The translations under genes and the position numbers were made by a program. This document shows positions 38,525 to 47,461 of a DNA stretch of 64,000 nt, one piece after another. The stretch lies in IMG/VR virus record IMGVR_UViG_3300028107_000045, one strand, 5' to 3'. This stretch comes from an uncultured virus (IMG/VR IMGVR_UViG_3300028107_000045). Its lineage: Duplodnaviria; Heunggongvirae; Uroviricota; Caudoviricetes. Position 1 is the stretch's first letter; each line of letters starts with the position of its first letter. The notes below the pieces were generated by a model. That model searched no databases, was not told where the DNA came from, and saw only the letters and a list, made by a program, of their open reading frames with translations.

Positions 38525-38572
38525 ACTACCTACTAGGGCTCAGGCTCTAGTAGGTAGTTACCTTTTTCTTTT
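38525..38572 (+). terminator. Intrinsic terminator
   Basis: ACTACCTACTAG...CTAGTAGGTAGT followed by a T-rich tract. Confidence 0.8.
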
Positions 38573-38590
38573 TGCATTATGGTGGTGCAC

Positions 38591-38800
38591 ATGAAAGCTA
38601 TTGCTATTGCGGTACTGACCATGGTGGGTAGTCCACCTCAGTCGAATATCGTGTACGGGACTGAGTGTAAACCACTCATGGAACAGATAGTAAAAAGTTA
38701 CGGTCTTAACTCTTATATAAAGAGCTGGAGTAATTCCAGTATGAAGGCCGCGAACGGAACCACTAAACTCACTGTAACGTGCAGTATAGCAAAGGACTGA
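38591..38800 (+). CDS. Small exported or membrane protein
   Basis: MKAIAIAVLTMVG signal-like start, two Cys. Confidence 0.55.
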   Translation: MKAIAIAVLTMVGSPPQSNIVYGTECKPLMEQIVKSYGLNSYIKSWSNSSMKAANGTTKLTVTCSIAKD

Positions 38801-38802
38801 TT

Positions 38803-39039
38803 ATGGTTACTGGGGCATTACTACATCCAAGCCTTAATGAGCGAGAGTCTTGGATAAAACGTTATAGCAAAGTGCATAACGTAGATTTGGAAGATGCCCA
38901 GGTAGAGTACCAACGTAGGCGTCGTGCAATGAGTTTGTTTGATATCAGCTTGGTCGAATACTTTTCGTTGATCGACAAAGACCCAGTTGATCCTAATAAC
39001 CTGCGGGAGTTTATGGACTCCCTAAAGAGTAAACAGTAA
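38803..39039 (+). CDS. Hypothetical protein
   Basis: AAGGA RBS; degenerate Trp motif (ESWIKRYSK...DA). Confidence 0.65.
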   Translation: MVTGALLHPSLNERESWIKRYSKVHNVDLEDAQVEYQRRRRAMSLFDISLVEYFSLIDKDPVDPNNLREFMDSLKSKQ

Positions 39040-39710
39040 TGCAAACTAGTAATGGTTACGAAGAAGCAAAGCAACATTTCACCACTCTGCTGGAGAAGAC
39101 CCCAGTAGGTGAGGTGAGTAGCAACAAGATTTTTGCTACCACAGGGTTCTTGTTGACTATCGAGCGGGTAAGTACAGAAGACGGCAAGACCCGTGACTAT
39201 GGCCGGCTCCAGCAGCTTACCACTGGTATGTTCAGTCCAGGTGTATTTAAACCAGCCGTCAAAGATATGATGGCATTTAAACGTGAGCCTGATAACAACT
39301 TTATCGGTCTCCTCGGGCACGCCTACCCGGCCGAAGTAAATAAGGCTATGCAAGAACTGGTTGATCAAGTAACCAAGGTTGTAGAGCCAGCCAGGGCTAT
39401 TGTGGAGGCTATCCGCAGCAGGACCGACCCCCACAACAAGGGGCTTAAATACCGAGTGGCTATTGATATAGGACACGTAATGGTTTCTGCTGAATTTGGT
39501 GGTAGTCAGCACACATTGCGTATACACGAAGGTCCTACATCAATCCCGCTTATACAAGTAACCGCTGGGTTCACCGCTAAACTCAATCCACTCAACCCAG
39601 TCAAAATCAGGGGAGACCGCCCGCGCGTTTACGGTACCATGGACGTTGTCTTGCAAGGAATCACCCAAAACAACTTCACCTTTGTCAGAGAGGAAATATT
39701 CGATGCCTAA
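39039..39710 (+). CDS. Hypothetical protein
   Basis: TAATG coupling, 223 aa. Confidence 0.75.
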   Translation: MQTSNGYEEAKQHFTTLLEKTPVGEVSSNKIFATTGFLLTIERVSTEDGKTRDYGRLQQLTTGMFSPGVFKPAVKDMMAFKREPDNNFIGLLGHAYPAEVNKAMQELVDQVTKVVEPARAIVEAIRSRTDPHNKGLKYRVAIDIGHVMVSAEFGGSQHTLRIHEGPTSIPLIQVTAGFTAKLNPLNPVKIRGDRPRVYGTMDVVLQGITQNNFTFVREEIFDA

Positions 39711-40002
39711 CTCATCGATGTCTTTTCGTCGTCCATGGATGTTCACGAACGTAGAAACCCCGGAAGTAAACAAGGTATGGCTGGCCGAGTATATGGCCCA
39801 GCATGAGCTCACCATGGAAGTAGCTCTGGAGCACCTTAGCAAGTCGATGCGTGACTTCATCAACGAGGCTAAGCACACTGCTGACATGATTGATGGCAGT
39901 GATGCTAACCTGCTGGCTGAGTGTGCTGCTTTCGTTAAAGATTACAAACCTACCAAGGACTTCTACAGTCCGATCCCGCTGGTGCCGGTAATCAAGGAGT
40001 AA
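39703..40002 (+). CDS. Hypothetical protein
   Basis: GAGGA RBS; degenerate Trp motif (VNKVWLAEYM). Confidence 0.7.
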   Translation: MPNSSMSFRRPWMFTNVETPEVNKVWLAEYMAQHELTMEVALEHLSKSMRDFINEAKHTADMIDGSDANLLAECAAFVKDYKPTKDFYSPIPLVPVIKE

Positions 40003-40004
40003 CA

Positions 40005-40328
40005 ATGTCAGAAAAAGACGAGTCCATACTTACGGCTCGTTTCACTAAACTCTTCGAAGGGCTTGACGAGCAGAAGGCTCGCGAGCTCTTTGAGGAGCTT
40101 ATTGACGAGTACACTTACGCTGTTTATCACTTGCCTGTTCTGGGAGAGATGAAGAAGCTTAAAAGGCGGGACACCGGTTGTGTGACTATCCAACCTGTAG
40201 CAGACTCCCGGGCTATCTTGGTATCACATTTTGGTTTTGAAGTAATCTCTGAAACACAACACCCTAAGGGCGGTAAGCAACTGATCCTTAGGGAACGTAC
40301 CAAAAAGGAATCACGTTTCCATGGATAA
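40005..40328 (+). CDS. Hypothetical protein
   Basis: AAGGAG RBS, 107 aa. Confidence 0.75.
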   Translation: MSEKDESILTARFTKLFEGLDEQKARELFEELIDEYTYAVYHLPVLGEMKKLKRRDTGCVTIQPVADSRAILVSHFGFEVISETQHPKGGKQLILRERTKKESRFHG

Positions 40329-41262
40329 TAATTTTTTTGCCAAGCAGGTCTCGAAAATGCGCACTTATGGTGCGGAGTTCGACCCAGGCAGTAAGTTTGA
40401 TAGCGGTCAGGAAGGTACTTATATCCAGGTAAGTCCTGACAGCTTTGGTTCCAGGACACAGCCTAACATCGGGTTGTTCGTAGAGAACCTGAACATTGGT
40501 TACTACTCTGGTGTGGACCATTCCTTTAACTACTTTGGTCGCGAAGAGATCAAGGCGGTTTATCCCATCAAGGAGTTGGATGGGATTTTGCGTGCTATCT
40601 GCGTTCGGTACATCAACTCGGACAAAGAAGAACTACAAGAAATCTACTCGCCGATCACCACCAAGATGGTTGGTAAGGATTTCACCAATCGCGTGCCAGA
40701 GGTACTTAGCACGCTGTTACAGACTGGTTTCTTGACTCACCTCAAACGTACGTGGCGTTTTGATGTGTTCGAGGTGTCTTTGAAAGGTGGTGATGGTGTA
40801 GCAATCAGCGTTGTCAACACCAGCCTCGCAAAAGAAGTAATCCAGGTTACTCTGAATTCAGAACGCCCGGAAGACATCTTTGATTTCCGCATGCTGGATG
40901 CTTCGCTTACACCTGCCGTGGTATTGGGGATCTTTGTCCGCCTTACCAAACATTACCGCGACTTCCTGCTGAGTAGCGGGCTGATTGCCAAAGAGCCACA
41001 GCAATGGGAATGGGTTACTGATTTCACCGGCGTCCGTGCTATCAATTCTCTGTGGCTGGCTTGGCAGATCTTCGGTGGTGACCCCAGTCATATTGAAGCC
41101 CACTGGTCTGGTACCACTGCTTTCAAGAAAGCAGCAGCTACAATTGCTGGTAATTTGGCAGAAGAGTCCAACTTGCCAAGTAACATCTACCGTGTACGTT
41201 TCCTAGATATGTACGCGTTATCGTTCCAGATCATCGAGATCAAGGAAACCGTAGTTTATTAA
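40321..41262 (+). CDS. Hypothetical protein, tandem family member 1
   Basis: 313 aa; C-terminal module AINSLWLAW...FQIIEIKETVVY. Confidence 0.75.
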   Translation: MDNNFFAKQVSKMRTYGAEFDPGSKFDSGQEGTYIQVSPDSFGSRTQPNIGLFVENLNIGYYSGVDHSFNYFGREEIKAVYPIKELDGILRAICVRYINSDKEELQEIYSPITTKMVGKDFTNRVPEVLSTLLQTGFLTHLKRTWRFDVFEVSLKGGDGVAISVVNTSLAKEVIQVTLNSERPEDIFDFRMLDASLTPAVVLGIFVRLTKHYRDFLLSSGLIAKEPQQWEWVTDFTGVRAINSLWLAWQIFGGDPSHIEAHWSGTTAFKKAAATIAGNLAEESNLPSNIYRVRFLDMYALSFQIIEIKETVVY

Positions 41263-41274
41263 GGAGTGCCAGGC

Positions 41275-42249
41275 ATGGGTAAAGTAAGGGATGTGCTGGA
41301 CCGTCGTGACAAGAAACGTCACGACTTTTTCATGCAAATGGCTAGTTACGTACGTTACGGTTTATTCCATTTCAAGCAACAGTTGGTAAGTAAGGACCAG
41401 ACTACTATACTCTCCTGGAATGACCAGGTGGATGCTTACGGTGTCAGGTTTGCGCTGACTGTTAATGGGATGCAATTGGCTTGCTGGTCTAAGGCCACTG
41501 ACTTCTTTAACTGGCCTACCCCAGCAGCAGAAGAACTGTACGGTATCGATAAGCTCTCCAGCATCTTGCAAGAGTTTTTCCTCGATTGGTTACGCACTGA
41601 CAAAACTGGCGGTGAGTGGCGCAACATGGTTGTGCGTGAGGGCGGTAAAGGTTTCCGCATCGAGCACACGCACGGCGATATGCATGAGCTAGGCAGCTGG
41701 TTGTACGGGGTTGGTATTTTCAGCAACTTCCTGACTCAGGTAGATTGGGACTTGGGTTTCTTTTTCATCAAGGTGGATCAGAAGAACGGAATGTTCTCTG
41801 TGTACCTGCGCCTGCCAGGCGAACATCTGGATGAGCACTTGTTTGATTACTGCGTGGTGTCCGATGGTATTAAACACGTCAGTACACAGTACTCTAACAA
41901 AATAGACACCAGAATCATGACTTGTGTCATGTCTAGTTTCTATAACCATGTGCGTGAGCACTGGCATGCCTCCGGGCGTTTGGAAAAAGAGCCACCAGTT
42001 ACTTATATGGTAGCTGGTAATCAGCGGTTTGTTACCCCAGCCTGGATTATGTGGAGTGAGCTGAACGACGCCAAAGGTCGACCTAGTACGTTGAAGCAGC
42101 TGACTGTAGATGGTGTCAAACGCGCTTTACATCAGTTGGAGAAGCGGCGTCCTGCTCCAGAGGGTAGTCGGTACGAAGCTCGTATCAAGAACTTGGAGTC
42201 GCGACAGTTCGAAATTGTCGAGATTAAGGAAGAAGTTATCTGCTATTAA
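41275..42249 (+). CDS. Hypothetical protein, tandem family member 2
   Basis: AAGGAG RBS; C-terminal module FVTPAWIMW...FEIVEIKEEVICY. Confidence 0.75.
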   Translation: MGKVRDVLDRRDKKRHDFFMQMASYVRYGLFHFKQQLVSKDQTTILSWNDQVDAYGVRFALTVNGMQLACWSKATDFFNWPTPAAEELYGIDKLSSILQEFFLDWLRTDKTGGEWRNMVVREGGKGFRIEHTHGDMHELGSWLYGVGIFSNFLTQVDWDLGFFFIKVDQKNGMFSVYLRLPGEHLDEHLFDYCVVSDGIKHVSTQYSNKIDTRIMTCVMSSFYNHVREHWHASGRLEKEPPVTYMVAGNQRFVTPAWIMWSELNDAKGRPSTLKQLTVDGVKRALHQLEKRRPAPEGSRYEARIKNLESRQFEIVEIKEEVICY

Positions 42250-42258
42250 GGAGCAGCC

Positions 42259-43152
42259 ATGTCTGATAAAGCTTTAGCTGAAAAGTTCTCGGTACTTGGC
42301 AAAATGGGTGTGTATGCCCAAGATGGTGGTATCTACAGCCAAGACGGTAGTGTTTGTCTTAAACTGTCCGAGTACCACTACAGTGCACTCAACGAATATT
42401 CTTTCTGGGTAAATGGAATCAAAGCAGTTAGTGTTGGTGCATCTGGTCAGTTGATGTGGCCGGATGAACAATGGGGAACCCAATGTGACCGCAACTGGGT
42501 AATCGGTGCGCTGGACTCTATCTTCCTGCATTGGTTGTCACAACCCAAACGATCGACGTTCAGTATGAAGTCGTACCAGGGCGATATTTACGAGATTGTC
42601 ATGTACCACATCGCCCTGGGTGTGTACAGTCATCATGTAGATAACCTTACTGAGTATGACCTAGGTAACTTCTTGGTACGTATCGACAAAGAAAAGTTCC
42701 AATGTAGTTTCTTTTCTAAACAGGTCGGTAACGTAGTGTTCAGTCTGAGTGACTTGGATAAAGGTGCTAAACTGTCAGTAGATAGCCCCGTTTACGAAGT
42801 TACCGGCGAGTTGATTATTGGGCTGCTGAACCAGTTTACTGATGTGTTATGTGCCTGGTACAGGGGGTCAGGGTTGGTTGACATGCCACCGGTTAAAGGG
42901 TTGCAGGTGGATGGTGAGTATTTCGTTAACCCTACGTATTTAGTCTGGTTGCTAGTGCGTCAACGTGACAAGACCTCTTCCAGTATTCTGGGACTGGTCA
43001 CAGCTGCTACACATCGCATTGCCGAAGACCTGGCTAAAGCCAAAGGTTGGGATGCGTCGACCATTCATGTGGACGGCTTGTGCATCTACAAAGGTACGTT
43101 TGGCTTCAACATGCATCAAGTAACTAAAGTGCGCATTACCGAAGCGCTCTAA
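42259..43152 (+). CDS. Hypothetical protein, tandem family member 3
   Basis: AAGGAG RBS; FVNPTYLVW module; YDLGNFLVRID resembles WDLGFFFIKVD of member 2. Confidence 0.75.
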   Translation: MSDKALAEKFSVLGKMGVYAQDGGIYSQDGSVCLKLSEYHYSALNEYSFWVNGIKAVSVGASGQLMWPDEQWGTQCDRNWVIGALDSIFLHWLSQPKRSTFSMKSYQGDIYEIVMYHIALGVYSHHVDNLTEYDLGNFLVRIDKEKFQCSFFSKQVGNVVFSLSDLDKGAKLSVDSPVYEVTGELIIGLLNQFTDVLCAWYRGSGLVDMPPVKGLQVDGEYFVNPTYLVWLLVRQRDKTSSSILGLVTAATHRIAEDLAKAKGWDASTIHVDGLCIYKGTFGFNMHQVTKVRITEAL

Positions 43153-43166
43153 CAAGGAGTAAGACA

Positions 43167-43784
43167 ATGGCTACACGTGTGAGCAAGAATTTCCTGGTTG
43201 AATTGGAAGGTGACAACCTGCGCCAGGCCCAAGAGCTGGCGCTCAACCTCTTGCAGAAAATGAACGACCGCCAGTTCACTGAATGGCTGTTGGTACGTTT
43301 CCCTGAGGCCTCCACCGGTGAACTGAACATCGGTATCGTTACCGACGGCGCGACCGTTTATCGGTTCTTCTACAAGGACGTGGAACCCCTCATCCGTCAA
43401 GAAGTAGTTAAACGTATGGCCGCGCCACGTATTACCCCTGGTGTACTGGCCATCGCTACCAAAGACGCTGAAGGTAACCGCCTGCCAATTATTAACGTAG
43501 TGGACAAACTGGTTAAGGCTCTCTGGAAAATCGAGAACGATGGTCCAGAAGAACCCAAAGTCTACCACGATGACAACCATTCCGGTGCGGTGATCAACCG
43601 CGAGTGGATTGACTGGTATACCCACCGTCACAGTGTAAGCCGTCAAGAAGCCTGGAAGGTAGCGGCGGCCAAAATTGCCAAAGACTACGCCCAAGACCTG
43701 ACCGTATTTACACCAATTCCTGGTATACACAACCCGTTCGAAGTTACCTTTGTCAAGTCTGTTGACCACGTGTCACTTTACTAA
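43167..43784 (+). CDS. Hypothetical protein with Trp motif
   Basis: AAGGAG RBS; INREWIDWY. Confidence 0.8.
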   Translation: MATRVSKNFLVELEGDNLRQAQELALNLLQKMNDRQFTEWLLVRFPEASTGELNIGIVTDGATVYRFFYKDVEPLIRQEVVKRMAAPRITPGVLAIATKDAEGNRLPIINVVDKLVKALWKIENDGPEEPKVYHDDNHSGAVINREWIDWYTHRHSVSRQEAWKVAAAKIAKDYAQDLTVFTPIPGIHNPFEVTFVKSVDHVSLY

Positions 43785-43793
43785 ATACCGGTA

Positions 43794-43826
43794 TACCCTA
43801 CCTACCCTTTTGGGGTAGGTAGGGTA
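43794..43826 (+). terminator. Hairpin terminator
   Basis: TACCCTACCTACCC...GGGTAGGTAGGGTA. Confidence 0.75.
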
Positions 43827-43843
43827 GGTAACTTTAAACGATT

Positions 43844-43869
43844 AATACATCTATATTACTAAGGTGTAG
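43844..43869 (+). promoter_or_regulatory. Phage early promoter (TATATTAC type)
   Basis: AATACATCTATATTACTAAGGTGTAG. Confidence 0.75.
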
Positions 43870-43894
43870 CAAGTCAATTTTGTTTGGAGGTCTT

Positions 43895-44332
43895 ATGCGT
43901 ATCGACGCAGCCGATTTGGGTGTAATGATGGAAAAGCTTTTCGAACACTGTACCGAAAAAGGTGCCGAAGGCTTGTATATCTCAGTTAAATCCACAGGGG
44001 AAGTAAAGACCCCACTGGAAGGTCGTTTCTTCTACTATACCCTGGTAACCGACATGGCTGGTGCTGGTGACAGCGGTATCTTTATCGGTGAAGAGAAAGA
44101 TAATACGTTCACTGACCACGTACCGTTTATGGTTATTTATGGTAACCGTGAAACCAACGGTCTCAACGTCGATAACCTGACTGACGAGCGGATCGAAGAA
44201 GACTGGGTAAAAATCCTGTTGATCAATCTGATGGTTTACCTGAGCGGCACTATCCCGGCTGGCCAAATCCAGACCTGGACTACTACCGAGCTCCAGGAAG
44301 CTGCTGTCCCAGCTAACAAAACACTACATTAA
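43895..44332 (+). CDS. Hypothetical early protein ending -KTLH
   Basis: GGAGG RBS; first gene after the promoter. Confidence 0.75.
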   Translation: MRIDAADLGVMMEKLFEHCTEKGAEGLYISVKSTGEVKTPLEGRFFYYTLVTDMAGAGDSGIFIGEEKDNTFTDHVPFMVIYGNRETNGLNVDNLTDERIEEDWVKILLINLMVYLSGTIPAGQIQTWTTTELQEAAVPANKTLH

Positions 44333-44341
44333 GGTCGTATT

Positions 44342-44773
44342 ATGAAAGATTACCAATCGGTTGTCAAACTACACACTGATCTCACCGAGTATGTGCGCAA
44401 GCATAACCTGAAACCCACGATCATGCTCAAGGGTGGTAACTCGGTACCGAAGAGTCTGGACAAACGTATCTTCAGTTTTAATGCTGGTCTGGGTGGCGAC
44501 AACTACGGCAATAATTTGCTCATCATCGGGATCGAGGAAACCATTGGTGACCAAACCGTGATGGCTTGCTACTTTTATGTGCTGAAGGATCGCGAGTCAA
44601 CCCACTCCACAAACTACCCAGTAACTGACGGCCAGGTTACCCCTGATTTCAGTGTTGAAGAACTCGCAGCATTGCTCACCGGTCTGGAACTACTCCTGGC
44701 GACTGACACCAACCCACAGCCAGAAGCAGCAAACGACCCCACTCCTCCTACTACTCCACGTACTTTGCACTAA
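44342..44773 (+). CDS. Hypothetical early protein ending -RTLH
   Basis: AAGGT RBS, 143 aa. Confidence 0.75.
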   Translation: MKDYQSVVKLHTDLTEYVRKHNLKPTIMLKGGNSVPKSLDKRIFSFNAGLGGDNYGNNLLIIGIEETIGDQTVMACYFYVLKDRESTHSTNYPVTDGQVTPDFSVEELAALLTGLELLLATDTNPQPEAANDPTPPTTPRTLH

Positions 44774-44781
44774 GGACCATC

Positions 44782-45159
44782 ATGGCACGCACAGCCCCTT
44801 TCAAACAAGTCTACACCGCTCTGCAGACCTACATTGAAACCAACAAGGTCGTTCTGCAACAAGCCTTCGGTGACGAGGACGTAGTTCCCAAGGAACTGCA
44901 TGGTCGTCGTTTCCTTTTCAACACCAGCGTAGGCAAGAACGAAAAGAAACAAAACGTTGGCGTTATCCTGGTAGTCGAACAACGCGGTCCTTCCCAGGTG
45001 CCGTTTTTCAGCATGCACTCCGTGATCGACAAGAAAGACATGCGCATGACCGTACAGTTCTTTGGTGCGGACAAGCTCACTGACACCAGTGTGGATTTCA
45101 TTCTCAACGGTATTAAAGCGTACGTCGGTGTTAAGCCAGGCGAGCAACAAACCAGCTAA
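44782..45159 (+). CDS. Hypothetical protein
   Basis: AAGGA RBS; VPKELHGRRFLFN resembles VPKSLDKRIFSFN of the previous gene. Confidence 0.75.
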   Translation: MARTAPFKQVYTALQTYIETNKVVLQQAFGDEDVVPKELHGRRFLFNTSVGKNEKKQNVGVILVVEQRGPSQVPFFSMHSVIDKKDMRMTVQFFGADKLTDTSVDFILNGIKAYVGVKPGEQQTS

Positions 45160-45168
45160 GGATTAGTT

Positions 45169-45417
45169 ATGGGAAAGCACAAGAAAGAACCAGCCCTGCT
45201 ACGTAAGACACCTAACATGGGGTGGATTGTTTCGCGTGATTGGATTGGCTGGTATGTTCTGCACGAGTCTCAGGCATTCGAAGGGATCGACCCTATCCTG
45301 GACGTAGTGGCGGAACGTGCCCCAGCATTCATCAAAGCCAAGCCAGGTGTCACCGCTACTGTTAGCCGTGACGGCAAAGCAACTGTGACTTTCAGTGGAG
45401 CGTTAGAAGATGCTTGA
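45169..45417 (+). CDS. Hypothetical protein with Trp motif
   Basis: AAGGA RBS; IVSRDWIGWY. Confidence 0.7.
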   Translation: MGKHKKEPALLRKTPNMGWIVSRDWIGWYVLHESQAFEGIDPILDVVAERAPAFIKAKPGVTATVSRDGKATVTFSGALEDA

Positions 45418-46222
45418 AGCAGGTGATGGTGAGTATTCGCGGGCTACCAACCAACTGAGTGTGTCCAACAAGTTCGAAGCAGTTGTCATGCGTTGGATTA
45501 CAAATCATGGAACGTTCTTGCACCACCAGGTATCGTTGCCAGAACAAGTTCATCAGATAGGACTTCTGTTTCTTGAACTGCATGCGGTAATTACTGAGCC
45601 ACTTGCTGCCGATACCATCAAGACAGTTATTGAGACCATGCGCCAACTCCACACCTATACAGAAGCATTCGGCCCTAATCCAGATGGGTCCGAAGGCAAA
45701 ATGGCGCGACATGTAGCCTATGGCAAAGCAGTTGATGACTGGGCTAAGGGTATTGAACAGCGCGGTGGTGTAATAGGTAGCTCCAAAAAAGAACTGGACT
45801 CCTTGTGTGGACTCCTGCACTTGCTTGCTGTACCACAAGTAGGTCCATTTAACTCCCGTTTGTTCGAGCGCGTGTACAACACGGTTTATGAAGCAAACCA
45901 CCTGCTTACACAGCATGGGTTCTTGATTGACGAACCGCATATGTTCTCTGCTTTCAATCCAGAGAGCACTATTTTGGTTATCAATCCCAGCTGGATGGAT
46001 TGGATTACCAAGCGTATGGTCGACCAGGCAGAGTGTTTTGTGCGGTCTACCATCTCCACGTCAGTAATGCATGAGCTGCAGAACTCACTACTTACGCCAG
46101 AATTGTTTGATGCTTACGCCATTGAAATCGAAGTCGACTTGCGTTCTGTAACAGGTCGTGTGGTGCTCACTCGCAAACCGACTGGGCTACAAGAAGCAAT
46201 TAATAAGTATATGAAAGGATAA
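45410..46222 (+). CDS. Hypothetical protein with Trp motif
   Basis: 270 aa; VINPSWMDWI. Confidence 0.75.
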   Translation: MLEAGDGEYSRATNQLSVSNKFEAVVMRWITNHGTFLHHQVSLPEQVHQIGLLFLELHAVITEPLAADTIKTVIETMRQLHTYTEAFGPNPDGSEGKMARHVAYGKAVDDWAKGIEQRGGVIGSSKKELDSLCGLLHLLAVPQVGPFNSRLFERVYNTVYEANHLLTQHGFLIDEPHMFSAFNPESTILVINPSWMDWITKRMVDQAECFVRSTISTSVMHELQNSLLTPELFDAYAIEIEVDLRSVTGRVVLTRKPTGLQEAINKYMKG

Positions 46223-46226
46223 GGTA

Positions 46227-46841
46227 ATGGACGCTACTAAAGAACTCCGTAATGAACTGGCTGGTGTATCTGTTTCTGATGACACTACTGCTGAGATCGC
46301 TAAGATCTTCCGTGACTGGCGTAAGCCGAAGTTTTCCACTCGCCCACCAAGCCGGTTTGTGTTCCCCGTTGATGGTACTCCAATGGAGCAGGAGAACGCT
46401 GTAATCGCTTACTTCTACGACAACTGGGCTGCCAAGAAAAAGAATCTGTACAACCTCGCCAAGCGGATCTACCCGCAAGTGCCTAAGTTCATTCAGCGCT
46501 CGTTGTTGAATCCGGTCTTGCGGTACGAAGTGGACCCAGTTGATTTCTGGGTAGCCTGCTTTGATGAGAAAGCTGTCTGGCTTGAGATCATCGAGCGTAT
46601 GTTGAAAGAAGGTAACCACGGGGTCATCTGGTCTAAAGACGGTGATGTTCACGGTATCAACCTCAACACTCAACCGCGTTGGTTGAATGACAAACAACAA
46701 AAACGCTGGCACCCAGATGACGAGTGGGCAATCATGAAAGACGTCGTCGATCGCTGGGAAGAAAAACACGGTACCCTTGATGGCGGGAAAGTTATGTTGT
46801 TCCCAGAGTTCGGCTTTAGCGGCATGCCCAAGAAACTGTAA
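46227..46841 (+). CDS. Hypothetical protein, tandem paralogue A
   Basis: Shares PxVPxFIQ, EGNHG and LFPxFGFSGxP with the next gene. Confidence 0.8.
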   Translation: MDATKELRNELAGVSVSDDTTAEIAKIFRDWRKPKFSTRPPSRFVFPVDGTPMEQENAVIAYFYDNWAAKKKNLYNLAKRIYPQVPKFIQRSLLNPVLRYEVDPVDFWVACFDEKAVWLEIIERMLKEGNHGVIWSKDGDVHGINLNTQPRWLNDKQQKRWHPDDEWAIMKDVVDRWEEKHGTLDGGKVMLFPEFGFSGMPKKL

Positions 46842-46854
46842 AGGATTTGTATTA

Positions 46855-47460
46855 ATGAGTAAGTTCCCGCCTTATGTGTTCCCAACGGACTTGGCTCCGT
46901 TTGAACAAGAACTGCACGTACTGAGTTGGTTCCGTGATAATTTCACCACCAACCCAAAGAAACTCAAACAGATGAACGTGTACATCTGTCCATTGGTCCC
47001 AGCGTTTATCCAGCAGAACTTTTGTCTGCACATGGCCGCAACCGCTAACCCTGCTAAGTTTTTGCAGAGGGCGTTTAAGGACATTGATGAATACCCAGTG
47101 GTTATCGAAGGGTTAATCAACGAGGGCAACCATGGCATGATCTTGGATGGTTCTACTATCTACGGGTTTGCTATTGATGCCAACGAGAAGTGGCTTAATC
47201 CGGAAAAAGATACCAAGTGGACAGAAGAGGATGAAAACGAAATCATCGACAAGGCCATTATCAGCTGGATGGCTAAACACCGTATTCGTAAGTTTAAGGG
47301 GCGGTTAGTATTGTTCCCTAAATTTGGGTTTAGTGGTAAACCTTTTGCTGTGGATTTCAGGTTCAAGGACCCCCACTGGCAAAAGTTGCAAGACATTTAC
47401 AAAGAAGAAGATCGTATCAGTGATAACGCTGAGCTAGCGAGACTACTTAAGGAGAAGTGA
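46855..47460 (+). CDS. Hypothetical protein, tandem paralogue B
   Basis: AAGGA RBS; same motifs as paralogue A. Confidence 0.8.
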   Translation: MSKFPPYVFPTDLAPFEQELHVLSWFRDNFTTNPKKLKQMNVYICPLVPAFIQQNFCLHMAATANPAKFLQRAFKDIDEYPVVIEGLINEGNHGMILDGSTIYGFAIDANEKWLNPEKDTKWTEEDENEIIDKAIISWMAKHRIRKFKGRLVLFPKFGFSGKPFAVDFRFKDPHWQKLQDIYKEEDRISDNAELARLLKEK

Positions 47461-47461
47461 C

